64,000 nucleotides of DNA from Barthelona sp. PCE (taxonomy: Eukaryota): NCBI GenBank assembly GCA_040285745.1, contig JAUFOR010000002.1, forward strand, positions 62,001 to 126,000, given 5' to 3'. Below are positions 20,365-30,302 of the stretch, piece after piece. The notes under the pieces were generated by a model. That model did not search any database and had not been told where the DNA came from. It worked only from the letters and a program-made list of their open reading frames with translations. A program made the translations under genes and the position numbers. How positions within the stretch are numbered: the first letter of the stretch is position 1; each line of letters opens with the position of its first letter.

Positions 20365-20634
20365 CTACTGTTTATAGGACCTGTCCTCTTCCACAATACG
20401 CTTCAAAATGTTAATACGATAATCCTTCTTCTCGTTAGCTTCAGAAAGTTCACTCACCTTCTGTCTGAGCTCTACATTTTGCTCCCTGAGGCGATTGGCT
20501 TCAGCTGCCTCCTCACCCAATACGAATCGAAGCTGATGAAGTGTTTCAACAATACACTTAACATCTTCACTGTCGGTACCCGATTTGATGCCCACAATCT
20601 GTTCAAGAGCTGAAATTCGATCTGCCAAACTCAT
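20365..20634 (-). CDS. Small coiled-coil protein with an ArgRS-like leucine-zipper motif
   Basis: 89-aa ORF in an AAAAATG context; heptads; LSEANEKKDYRINILKR motif. Confidence 0.75.
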   Translation of the reverse strand: MSLADRISALEQIVGIKSGTDSEDVKCIVETLHQLRFVLGEEAAEANRLREQNVELRQKVSELSEANEKKDYRINILKRIVEEDRSYKQ

Positions 20635-20973
20635 TTTTTAATATGTAAAGGATCCTTAAAAAGGTTAGAAATTTGATAAAGCTGGAATTACCTTGGCTTT
20701 TATAGGAACTTTGCAAAAATGCCTTGATTTTGGTTAGAAACACTCATAGGTCCACAAAAACATTCTTAAATGCTGAAATACTGTAAAAAAGTATAGAATC
20801 TTGTTGATTTCAGCTTTTATAAGCTCTACTTTGTTATTAAGCGAGTCTATATTGTAGATAGAAGGTGGTCTGGCTGTTGAAAATCATGCAACCTGCAAAT
20901 TTGTAGCTTTTCTTGTATTTAGTTTTTCATCTTATATCTTGATTTTTATTCTGACTATCACAGCTTTTTTTCA

Positions 20974-22008
20974 ATGAAATATATTTCCTTTGTCTTAATT
21001 TTTGCGATTTTACTTTCAGTTTCTTCAGCCGTACTTTTAGAGTGTCCTCGTGCACCTGGTGCTCCAGCTGATCGTCGAGAGAACATGGATGAACTTATCA
21101 TCACCCAGTTCAACGTCCAATGGCTCTTCCTTGGTGGCGGTAAGCACAACGCCGAATGCCCCGGTTCTTATTGCGATTGGAAATCTCAGTCTCAGGCCCA
21201 GCGTCACTTAACTGAGGTTGCTGCAACTCTTGATAAGATGCCCGGTGACATCATCAACCTCGTTGAGGTTGAGGACTGCGATGTCCTCATTCAACTTCTT
21301 GCCAAGATGGAGAACGGTCATCTCTTCCGTGCCTATCTCGTTTACGGAACTGACAGCCAGAACGGTCAAAACGTTGGTATCATCACTAAGGTTGACCCCT
21401 ACGTCGATCTCACCAGAACCGAAAACCGCTTCACTTACCCCATTGCCGGTAACACCTGCGGTTACAAGGGTCCCACCAAGTCCACTGGTCTCACCCAGCA
21501 CTTTGGTACCAAGTTCAAGCTCCAAAACGGTAAGATCCTTGCCCTTTACGGTGTGCACTTTATTGCTCACCCTGACGATCCGGTTAAGTGCGTCAAGCGT
21601 GAGGCCCAGGCTATGGTCTTGAAGAACTTTATCGAACAAGACGTTAACTACGAGTACGTTTGTGTCCTCGGTGACTTCAACGATTACGATTCAACCGTTC
21701 CGGATCAAGCTGGCAATCTTGCTGCTTCTCGTGCTTCTGCCTTCCTTAAGGACTCTGCTATGGGTCTCTTTAGTGTTTCTGAGTTTGCTGATAAGTCTGA
21801 GCGTTGGACTTCTTGGTGGAACAAGCATCACGATGGTAAGGACCACGGTGGTAAGGAACACACTCAAATTGATCATATTCTTCTGGATAACAGAATGCGC
21901 GGTGCCGTCAAGAGCGTCGCTTATGATCATAATCACAAAACTGGTGATGGTTACTTTGTCTCTGATCACTGGGGAATGTGGGTTACATTGGATACTTCTA
22001 AGTTTTAA
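20974..22008 (+). CDS. Secreted endonuclease/exonuclease/phosphatase (EEP)-family protein
   Basis: Signal peptide; QFNVQWL, DIINLVEVE, GDFND, IDHIL and SDHW motifs; strong codon bias. Confidence 0.92.
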   Translation: MKYISFVLIFAILLSVSSAVLLECPRAPGAPADRRENMDELIITQFNVQWLFLGGGKHNAECPGSYCDWKSQSQAQRHLTEVAATLDKMPGDIINLVEVEDCDVLIQLLAKMENGHLFRAYLVYGTDSQNGQNVGIITKVDPYVDLTRTENRFTYPIAGNTCGYKGPTKSTGLTQHFGTKFKLQNGKILALYGVHFIAHPDDPVKCVKREAQAMVLKNFIEQDVNYEYVCVLGDFNDYDSTVPDQAGNLAASRASAFLKDSAMGLFSVSEFADKSERWTSWWNKHHDGKDHGGKEHTQIDHILLDNRMRGAVKSVAYDHNHKTGDGYFVSDHWGMWVTLDTSKF

Positions 22009-22062
22009 TAGCCGAAAAAAGAATAAATTTTTCTAGTTTCGTTTAATAACTACGTTTATTTC

Positions 22063-24081
22063 TTAGATTCGATCCTCGATGATACTCCTCAAGGCGGAGA
22101 GCGATCTGCCATATAAATTCTGCTGTGCAACCTCGATTTCAAATTGGGGATCAAAGTTTTCCTTACTCAGCTCGTATAAGTCTGTGATTGGCCCCAGCTG
22201 CTTGAAACGGGAATAGTCCCTTGACAAATATCGTAAAGCGAACCCATCAAACGTGCCAGAATCAATTTTTTTGGAAATATCACCAAAGTTGGGTGCCATT
22301 TTATGATTTATGTTACCGAACTGGTCATAACGGTCAGCGACATCATCATATAAATAGCTCACAATGCGTTCATGTGGAAACCCGTTGGGGAACTTCAGTC
22401 GATGATGAACCTTCTTGAGAAAAGTCATGCACTCGTGCTCATCATCAACATTCACTGGATCTTCAAGATTCTGTGCTCTGCGAAGCATCGTCATGACACC
22501 ATCCTTAGAGTCCATGTCATAATCATAGTAGCAAACGAGCATACACAGTGCTGTTACCAAACCCAAATTAAAAACTCCAACACAGTAGTCATTACCCAAT
22601 AGCATCGACAGTGCAATAGTTGCACACCTCGTAAATCCGTGGGCACCAAGCACATTGGTTGAGAAAAGTTCAACCATATCTGCCTGCTTTGTCGGCCGTA
22701 TCAAAAAACAGTCACGTCCCATGTAGCAAAACGCGTCACTATCTGTTGTGTACGCGAAATGAGCACTGTGCTCAGACACAAGCGAGCAGACTAAACGCTC
22801 AGCCTCTCCGCGCGATTGTATCATCGGCGTGTTGAAAAGCCAACAAAGTTCTAGAATCGAACTGGTGCAATTGAGAGAAGAGACCGGCAAGTTTTGAAGC
22901 AGTTCCAGCTCTGGCGCTCCATCCACTCTTACTTCGCTGTTCTGCCTTTCAATTGCAAAATTTTCATCTTCAGCACCTGTTACATAATTAAAATCCTCGT
23001 CTTCACGTACATCACTCTCATCCTCATTGGTTTCAACAAATTTAGGCGAAGAAACAGTAGTCAACTGATCATCACTCACGGCTGCATGCTTTTCTTCAAA
23101 TTTTTCCTCAGATTTGTGCTCAACCATTGTTTCTGTTGCTCTTTTTGTCTCCCTTTCCGTAAATTTTGTCCCTTTTTCGAAAGCAATCACCTCATTTGGT
23201 GATGAAATTTCATCTACCAATGCAGAAGATGGGTGTTCATGAACTTTTTGGATTTCGGTTATGATGTTTTCTTCATCTGTAGCTAAAACCCTACTTTTGT
23301 TTGATTTTTCGTCAACAACGTCTTGAGATACGTTGGCTACCGAGTTTATAATTGCAGTAACTGTCACTTCCTCTGTTGCGGTGGGTTTGGCAATACGCGC
23401 AACAAGACCTTTTGTAAACTCTTCATCGTTATCTTTGAGCATAGAATCAGAGAAAAAATCACTGTCACTATCACTATCACTGTCGGAATCGACTGTGGCA
23501 CGAAACACTTCTTTTAGCAGTGCCCTATCAACACACTGTGCCTTTGACGGCGGCTCTTCTACCACTGTGGATGGGATCTCACCAATATCTAAAGGAATTA
23601 TTGTCTCATCGAAATCAAGCAGTGTCTTTTCAGTCGTCCCCATCTGAGACACAATAGAGCTCGTAATATCGCTAAGAACCGTAGTTGAGGACGTGGTGTC
23701 GTCAAGCAGTTGCGGTAGATTGGCCTTTGCTATCTCAGTGAGAGTTTTCACCATTGCTGAATGTTTGCGTTCCTCTAGCCGTTTCATACGTTCCTTCTCT
23801 CTCATTCTACGCGTCTGCACGGTCATATACTTGAGCGGAGGAGCACGGCCCTCAAAGATAAGGACTGGCTGGATTCCGTTGACGCCAAGTCGGGAAATGA
23901 GGTTAATGAGGGCTACCTCTGCACTCGATCGAACTGGATTTCCCTCATCGTCACAAACAAAGTATCTGGCTCGTGCCATCCATACTGCTGTGTCAATAGC
24001 AACTTTAAAGCCACGCAATTCTGAAATTGGAATCTTTTTGCCAAATGGCCTTATAATCTTCCAAAATGAGTGAATTCCCAT
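22063..24081 (-). CDS. XPG/Rad2-family structure-specific endonuclease
   Basis: MGIHSFW, AIDTAVW and FEGRAPPLK (N region); long acidic spacer; GEAE, TTDSD and LGNDY (I region). Confidence 0.88.
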   Translation of the reverse strand: MGIHSFWKIIRPFGKKIPISELRGFKVAIDTAVWMARARYFVCDDEGNPVRSSAEVALINLISRLGVNGIQPVLIFEGRAPPLKYMTVQTRRMREKERMKRLEERKHSAMVKTLTEIAKANLPQLLDDTTSSTTVLSDITSSIVSQMGTTEKTLLDFDETIIPLDIGEIPSTVVEEPPSKAQCVDRALLKEVFRATVDSDSDSDSDSDFFSDSMLKDNDEEFTKGLVARIAKPTATEEVTVTAIINSVANVSQDVVDEKSNKSRVLATDEENIITEIQKVHEHPSSALVDEISSPNEVIAFEKGTKFTERETKRATETMVEHKSEEKFEEKHAAVSDDQLTTVSSPKFVETNEDESDVREDEDFNYVTGAEDENFAIERQNSEVRVDGAPELELLQNLPVSSLNCTSSILELCWLFNTPMIQSRGEAERLVCSLVSEHSAHFAYTTDSDAFCYMGRDCFLIRPTKQADMVELFSTNVLGAHGFTRCATIALSMLLGNDYCVGVFNLGLVTALCMLVCYYDYDMDSKDGVMTMLRRAQNLEDPVNVDDEHECMTFLKKVHHRLKFPNGFPHERIVSYLYDDVADRYDQFGNINHKMAPNFGDISKKIDSGTFDGFALRYLSRDYSRFKQLGPITDLYELSKENFDPQFEIEVAQQNLYGRSLSALRSIIEDRI

Positions 24082-24140
24082 TACAAACAACCATGCAAAC
24101 TTAACTATAGCCCGAAAGAAGTGAGAAAAATTTCTACATT

Positions 24141-25103
24141 TTACTTCAAGTTAGAGTATGCTCTGTTGAGTGCAGTGTTAAACCTTTTGCAGCAATCATC
24201 GTAATATCTCCGCTGAACGTCCTCTCTTCTCTTTCTTAGGTTCTGAACATTAACTAGAATACGCTGGGCCACAGCCTCTCCATTTTTCTCTATTTCAGCA
24301 CGTACCAAATCGACTGCAGTGCTTTTTTTGTGTGTTTTGGTGTTTTGAGCCACCTTTTTAGCAAGTCTCGAAATATTTGTCGAGCTTGACTTGAACAAGT
24401 GTGAAACGTTACGTTTTTTGCTTTTCTGTTCTTTTTGTGGGGCAGTATCGTCAATAACCAAATCAAAAAGGTCCTCATCGTCGTCATTCAATTTTTGTTG
24501 TTTCATTGCCAAATCCTTATGTTTCTCAGCGTGCTTTTCTCCAAGTAACTGGTTTAAAAGAGACACTTTCTCGTCTTCAACGGTTCCAACACTAGCCATG
24601 CGCTTAGCCTGCTGTTTGACAAGTCGCTTAGTCAGGCTCAATTGTTGCATGCGATGCTTTCGCCTTTTCGCTCCAGATGAAGATACAGAAATGCGGCTAA
24701 TGACGTCCTCGTGTATTAATGTGTCGTCCTCACCTTCTTTTATGCTATCCATCAGTTCAGGTAAGACATCACGCTCAAATTCAACACGGAGTCCTCTATT
24801 CTCCATAAGTTCACTGTATTTCGTTTGGCAACTGCCAATGGGAAGACGCATAACCTTTGAAATTGTTGCCCACTGATTAGGGAACCGAGAATGAGTTTCA
24901 AGCAGCTCATCCTCTTGTTCTTTCGTCCAATCAACCGTGGTTTGAGTTGATAAAAACTGGTAACGTGCCTTACAGTCGTTTGCTGACCTCCCAGGAAGAA
25001 CACTTGCAATTCGACCCCAACTGAACAATCCATAACGACTTACACATGCCTGCAATGATTTATCCTCAACTTCAGACCAGCTTTGTAATCTTTTAGACAC
25101 CAT
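24141..25103 (-). CDS. CDC5L: Cdc5/Cef1-like Myb-domain pre-mRNA splicing factor (shortened)
   Basis: Two Myb repeats (W...ED..L...V..YG...W.RIAS; W..EQ...LL.....P.QW.TI) plus AKRRKHRMQQL...KRL, matching the Cdc5 AKRKAREKQL..ARRL block. Confidence 0.8.
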   Translation of the reverse strand: MVSKRLQSWSEVEDKSLQACVSRYGLFSWGRIASVLPGRSANDCKARYQFLSTQTTVDWTKEQEDELLETHSRFPNQWATISKVMRLPIGSCQTKYSELMENRGLRVEFERDVLPELMDSIKEGEDDTLIHEDVISRISVSSSGAKRRKHRMQQLSLTKRLVKQQAKRMASVGTVEDEKVSLLNQLLGEKHAEKHKDLAMKQQKLNDDDEDLFDLVIDDTAPQKEQKSKKRNVSHLFKSSSTNISRLAKKVAQNTKTHKKSTAVDLVRAEIEKNGEAVAQRILVNVQNLRKRREDVQRRYYDDCCKRFNTALNRAYSNLK

Positions 25104-25295
25104 GCACTTTCATTGCCCTGTTGAAAAGTAGAAAAATTGCAATAGCAATACTAACACATTTTTTATATCTGGAATGCACTTTAAAATGGGCAAATATCCC
25201 GTATATTCTTATTGTTAGCCACATTAATGAAACTAACTATTGCTTTCATAATCTTCTTCCTTTTCAGTTGCATTTAGCTAAGCATATTTAAAGGG

Positions 25296-26075
25296 ATGAA
25301 TACCGACGATTTGGGCTTGTCTATTGACATTAAAGCTGCAGAACCAACTCATGTTGAAACTAGTTTTTCAGATATGGACAGATCTGCGGTTGCAAAGAGC
25401 GAACAGCTCACCACGACGCCTGTGAAGCGAGCGCCGCCGCGTCGCAAAAAGAGACCGGGCTTGAGTCCACAGAGAAGAGTATCAGAACGAAACGTTAACA
25501 GACAAGTCTCTCCAAAGAAGCAGATCCCTGTACAACCAGTGCAGACCACTCCAGAGTCACCTTCTGTGCTCAAAACCAACTATCCACAGTTAATGAACAA
25601 GAAATCTATCAGGTTAATTTTTGACAACAAGAAAGACTATCAGAACAGTAGTGATCCTGAAATGGAGACCCCGCTTGCGCTGGAGGCACGGGAGCAACTT
25701 AAATTCGATACAGATATCGTTAGCGCTCTACACGAGTTTGTTGTCAATGTTTATCATCCTGATCCTATGGGACGTGTATGGAGGGATTCATACATTGAGG
25801 TGCACCAGAACATGAGCCGAGTGCTTCTCCCCAACATCTCTGATAACGAGAGAATAGAATTGGCTGAGTTAGATTGGCTAAATGATGCTCCACAAGGTAA
25901 AAGTTTTATGATGACCAATGAGGTTTGTATGGTCGTGTTTGTTTTGGCTGATTTATGGACGCTCAACATCGATAAGGAAGAGTATATAGATTTCTTGAGT
26001 GTTCTTCGTCTTAAATTAGTGTATGAGAATCAAGGTTCAAAAGATAGAGACGCCTATGATGTTTTGAATGCATGA
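25296..26075 (+). CDS. Hypothetical protein with a disordered basic N-terminus and a conserved-looking C-terminal helical domain
   Basis: 259-aa ORF; C-terminal DW..D..G...M.......LADLWT..ID.EEY..FL pattern; function not recognised. Confidence 0.75.
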   Translation: MNTDDLGLSIDIKAAEPTHVETSFSDMDRSAVAKSEQLTTTPVKRAPPRRKKRPGLSPQRRVSERNVNRQVSPKKQIPVQPVQTTPESPSVLKTNYPQLMNKKSIRLIFDNKKDYQNSSDPEMETPLALEAREQLKFDTDIVSALHEFVVNVYHPDPMGRVWRDSYIEVHQNMSRVLLPNISDNERIELAELDWLNDAPQGKSFMMTNEVCMVVFVLADLWTLNIDKEEYIDFLSVLRLKLVYENQGSKDRDAYDVLNA

Positions 26076-26258
26076 AAAATAAAATCAATTAAATATAACG
26101 GGACTATGCTTTATTACTGGATTATATACCCATGATATGGAAAGGAAATTGAGAAAACCATATTTCAACATGTACTTTTTATATTAGCATAATTCACGTA
26201 TAGATAGCTATTAAACTGCTGGCAGCGTCTGGTTATTGATAGTGATAAAGAATAGATC

Positions 26259-29200
26259 ATGTTAAACAATATCACTTCTTTTTCTGCCGGTGGATTGGTG
26301 TTAAATGCAAACATGAGTCAACCCACAAGGCAAGATATATCACAGTGGAGGGACCTAAGTTCAGCACCGCTTCTGGATCTCAGCAAAACTCCTTTACAAA
26401 GCCATAATAAGAAGCTGCAGAAAAACACACATTCAACGCTTCAGAGGATCCAATCCAATGCGAAACGCTTTTCTGATATGAAGGAAGAGAAGAAACATGG
26501 TTTTAGTCCATTTATTTCAGGTACTCATTCCAAATCGAGCCGCAAAGTATTGCCATCAGGTCAATACTCGACTCTAAAGGGACAGAAATGGGGTAGCCCA
26601 AGAGCAAGAACTCATTTAACAGAAGTATCTCCACAATTAAACGCCCAAAAGTCACCTTTTGATGTTTTGTTTGAGTCTAATGACTTGAAGAACGCATCAA
26701 TCAAAGACTTCAAACAGGCTCTTGAGCTTTCAAAGTACGAATCTCGTCCGCTTAGCTCAAGGCGTCGTACAATACCAACCGCTACTGAAGTTGCGCTTGC
26801 AAATGTTCAATTCGATGACGACATCGCAGAAGTTCTCGGAACGAGCAACGGGGTCACACCCCAGCGGTCTCTGAAGGAGTTGGTCGGTATTCCTGGACAG
26901 GAGTCAGTCGAAGTACACACAGCCACCACAATAGAGATTGATGGTGAGCTGAAGTGGGATGACCTTGACACCGAGCTGATGAGCAGTCAGGCAAGCGTTG
27001 CAACAGGTGGCTTGGCTGATGTTGAAAGCACACCATCCCTCGATTCCCCATTCAGCAATACCATGACTCCACAAGAGTCATTTGTTGAGCTCCAAAGTAA
27101 CGGCATGGAGTCAACACAGAACAAACGAAATCAATTGATTGACATAATCAACAACGAGATGTCGGGTAAGCAGGTCGACTTCTTTTTGCGCCTCATCGAC
27201 TCTGTCGGCAACACATTTGACCCCACCCTCAGTGTGGAGCTATCCATCGCAAGCCATCTCAAGAAGGAAAAGGAACCTCCAGCGTTTATTCCCCTCATAC
27301 AGCCAATTGATGACACGGATGTGATGACGGAGGCGATCGACACCGACGCAATGAATGACATTGTGCAGTCGGTCGAGGGCATCAAGGGCAAGCAGGACAT
27401 GTCTATCATTGAGATCGACATCTATCTTACCGATACGGCAATTGATTTAAAGGATAAAAATGTTGGAATCCAGAAAATTGCATTCAACACAACAAAAATA
27501 CCCGCTGGATGGATCACGGTTTCTAATTCCAAGGCCCCACTTCCTCGCAGCAAGTTCTGCGATCTTTTTAATCTGACTGAGGATGATGATTTGTGGATGT
27601 GCCCGTGCACGTGCCTTCCAATCTCGCTACATGTAGAGGTGCCCAATAACCTGCTGGGTACGGGGGCGCAGCTTGTTATAATCGGTTGCGAGAACAAGAT
27701 TGACGTGGGGTGTTCGGTCTTTCTTAATCATGATGTCGTACTCGATAATGGCATTATCCCCCGCGAGTTCCCATATATCTCGGTGCTGGACCTGAACGCA
27801 GCTCAGCCGAGACAGGATGACCTGAGTCAGTCAGCCAGCACACTCCGTCAGTCGTTAACGAACATCCCGTCTAGATTCGACGAAAGGCCTCCAGACTCTG
27901 CTGTGGATAAAAAAGTGGTCCAGGGGTATGACACGTTCAGGGAAGTACAAAAACACATAGAATACTCGCTTGAGGAAGACCTAGGCTTGCAGACAGACAA
28001 TAGTGAAGCTGAAACCGTCGTCTTGGATCCAGGACACGCTGAAAGCATGGCACAGAAGCTTGAGGAAGAAACTCCAATAGAGGCGTCACCGATGTTAGCG
28101 CCAAGTCAGCCGCCAGCACTTGAACCGCCAATGGAAGAAGACGTTAGCAGCAGTATCATGAAAAGCATCGAATTTCGCAAGAGCCAAGCCGGTACAATCG
28201 TCCTAGAAAGACAGCGCTGTGACTCCGCGCTTGATATTGATCGATACGAGCAGAATATCGAAGACGAGTTTGAGCGACTCATGAACACAATGGACGTAAC
28301 AGACAGGGCCGTCGCGATCCCGGAGAAGCCACGTGGACGTGTGCTCCGTTTCGAGCTCATGACGTCATGGGGAGATCCGCACTGGGTAGGTCTCACTTCT
28401 TTGCAGATTTTTGGGTTCCCGTTCGTCGAGACAGCTCCCATATCAGTGCAGTGCAACGTGTCGCACCCGCTGAGTAACGGAACTGGTGCTTTTGCTGTTC
28501 ACTCTCTTTTTGATGGTGTTCATATCACGTCTGCTGAGCAGAACATGTTCCTAGCCCCGTTCACACTTGAAGATCCGGTGATTATCACGTGCGATCTTCC
28601 TGCGAAGTGCACTCTGGGTGCCATACGCTTTTGGAACTACAACAAAAATCGAATGGACGCTGACAAGGGTGCTCGTCTCATTAAAATGTTCCTGGATGAT
28701 GTTCCTGTTTTCCAAGGCGAAATTGGCGTCGCATCTGGTGATTTAAGCCAGCAACATGAGGATATTCTGTTTGTCAGCTCAACTTCGTACCAGGAGCGTT
28801 TACAGGAAAACGTCGCCAAGATTTATAACGCTTTGCAGTTATCCAAGCCACCAACCCCTCGTAAAATAATGCGTCCCTCTACCGGCGTTGAGACAGTTTT
28901 CAATGAAGATGAGTTTACTGATACAGTAGAAGTAATTTCTGATGCAGTAGAATTAATTTCTGAGCCAGTAGTTGAGCATGTTACAGATACTATCACTGAG
29001 CATGTTGAGCAACGAATATCTGCTGGTGTGGTACATGCACCAGATGTGGTGTTCCAGGTGCTCACAACCAACACAGTTACCATCAACATTCTAAGCACGT
29101 GGGGCGCCACAGACTATGTGGGCATGAACTGCATCGAGCTGTACAATACAGATGGCCCGGTTGCAATTGGAGCTGTACTCTGTGAGCCGCATTCTGTCAA

Positions 29201-30293
29201 CTGTCTCCAAGGTAACTTCGACCCCGATGCAGAAACGTTCAGCGATGACCGTATTCCAGAGCGTCTCATCGACAACAGCATAGATACTGCTTGGTTGGCT
29301 CCTATATTCCACAACACTAACGTTACTGTTAACGTTTTGCTTGAAAAAGATTGTGACATTGTTGGTATGCGTTTTTGGAATTACTCGAAGCCCGGTTTTC
29401 AGTACACAGAATCGGACGATCCGTTCAATACTTGTGACTGGGATAGGGGCGTCCGTGACTTCCAGATCGTTGTTAATGGTGATATTGTAGTCTCAGCAGT
29501 AATGAGCCCCTCATTGGACTTCATGACTGGTAATTCGATGAGGATTTCTTCGTCGTTTTTCCACTTTGCTGCGGAGGACACGCGCAAGAAGTTCAACGCA
29601 AGGAATATGGTCATGAAATCGCGTGGTGCTAACGAACCATCACCGATTACCCAACTGCAGTACCAGTGGTACTTCGCACCTCTTGACCCGTTCTGCTCGT
29701 TTATCCGCCTTGATCTCATCGATACACACGGGGATTCGTTCTATATTGGCCTCAACGCAATTGAATTGTACGGTGTTGGTGGCAAAATCACAATCAACCC
29801 TAATCAAATGTATTGTTCAACAGGAAGCGTTGGCTCACAGGGCGATGATGCACGCGTGTTGGGGAATCTCGTTAAAGAAACAAACGAAGAGCCGCTTATG
29901 CGCCAACCCCACAACGTCTGGCTTTCACGCAGAGAAGAAGGTACCCCGACTACAATAATCATGATGCTACCAAGGAGGCAGCAGCTCACACATATGGTTC
30001 TGCATAACTATACACGGGAACCGCAAACACGTGGTGTTCGTGAATTCTTTTTATTTATAGATAACTTTCTAAGTTTTCAGGGAACGTTAGGGATTGGTTC
30101 TTCACGCTGCATCCTCTTCACGCTTAACCCACAAGTGAAATTCAGATCAGAAATGATCAACAGAAATCATCAGGAGGAGAAGAACCAACCTGTTCTTTTG
30201 GTGAATGAAGGTGTAATACTCAATCCAAACATCATATCGAACATGACAGGTGGAGTTAGACCTGACACGTGCGTCCTTCCTATTAGTAAATAG
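26259..30293 (+). CDS. KATNIP: Katanin-interacting protein (KIAA0556/DUF4457 repeats)
   Basis: Repeated SWGDPHWVGLT / STWGATDYVGMN / DTHGDSFYIGLN and RFWNY motifs; C-terminal RPDT; start may be the next ATG (26313). Confidence 0.88.
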   Translation: MLNNITSFSAGGLVLNANMSQPTRQDISQWRDLSSAPLLDLSKTPLQSHNKKLQKNTHSTLQRIQSNAKRFSDMKEEKKHGFSPFISGTHSKSSRKVLPSGQYSTLKGQKWGSPRARTHLTEVSPQLNAQKSPFDVLFESNDLKNASIKDFKQALELSKYESRPLSSRRRTIPTATEVALANVQFDDDIAEVLGTSNGVTPQRSLKELVGIPGQESVEVHTATTIEIDGELKWDDLDTELMSSQASVATGGLADVESTPSLDSPFSNTMTPQESFVELQSNGMESTQNKRNQLIDIINNEMSGKQVDFFLRLIDSVGNTFDPTLSVELSIASHLKKEKEPPAFIPLIQPIDDTDVMTEAIDTDAMNDIVQSVEGIKGKQDMSIIEIDIYLTDTAIDLKDKNVGIQKIAFNTTKIPAGWITVSNSKAPLPRSKFCDLFNLTEDDDLWMCPCTCLPISLHVEVPNNLLGTGAQLVIIGCENKIDVGCSVFLNHDVVLDNGIIPREFPYISVLDLNAAQPRQDDLSQSASTLRQSLTNIPSRFDERPPDSAVDKKVVQGYDTFREVQKHIEYSLEEDLGLQTDNSEAETVVLDPGHAESMAQKLEEETPIEASPMLAPSQPPALEPPMEEDVSSSIMKSIEFRKSQAGTIVLERQRCDSALDIDRYEQNIEDEFERLMNTMDVTDRAVAIPEKPRGRVLRFELMTSWGDPHWVGLTSLQIFGFPFVETAPISVQCNVSHPLSNGTGAFAVHSLFDGVHITSAEQNMFLAPFTLEDPVIITCDLPAKCTLGAIRFWNYNKNRMDADKGARLIKMFLDDVPVFQGEIGVASGDLSQQHEDILFVSSTSYQERLQENVAKIYNALQLSKPPTPRKIMRPSTGVETVFNEDEFTDTVEVISDAVELISEPVVEHVTDTITEHVEQRISAGVVHAPDVVFQVLTTNTVTINILSTWGATDYVGMNCIELYNTDGPVAIGAVLCEPHSVNCLQGNFDPDAETFSDDRIPERLIDNSIDTAWLAPIFHNTNVTVNVLLEKDCDIVGMRFWNYSKPGFQYTESDDPFNTCDWDRGVRDFQIVVNGDIVVSAVMSPSLDFMTGNSMRISSSFFHFAAEDTRKKFNARNMVMKSRGANEPSPITQLQYQWYFAPLDPFCSFIRLDLIDTHGDSFYIGLNAIELYGVGGKITINPNQMYCSTGSVGSQGDDARVLGNLVKETNEEPLMRQPHNVWLSRREEGTPTTIIMMLPRRQQLTHMVLHNYTREPQTRGVREFFLFIDNFLSFQGTLGIGSSRCILFTLNPQVKFRSEMINRNHQEEKNQPVLLVNEGVILNPNIISNMTGGVRPDTCVLPISK

Positions 30294-30302
30294 CTCAATT
30301 TT

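Noticed and set aside
20655-20691. Possible 37-nt 5' UTR intron on the - strand (GTAATT...CTAAC...AAG)
   Set aside because: Donor and branch-to-AG spacing differ from the supported intron, and no reading frame is available to test it; needs RNA data.
23459-23490. Short tandem hexamer repeat (TCACTR)
   Set aside because: Simply encodes a DSDSDS low-complexity tract in the XPG spacer.
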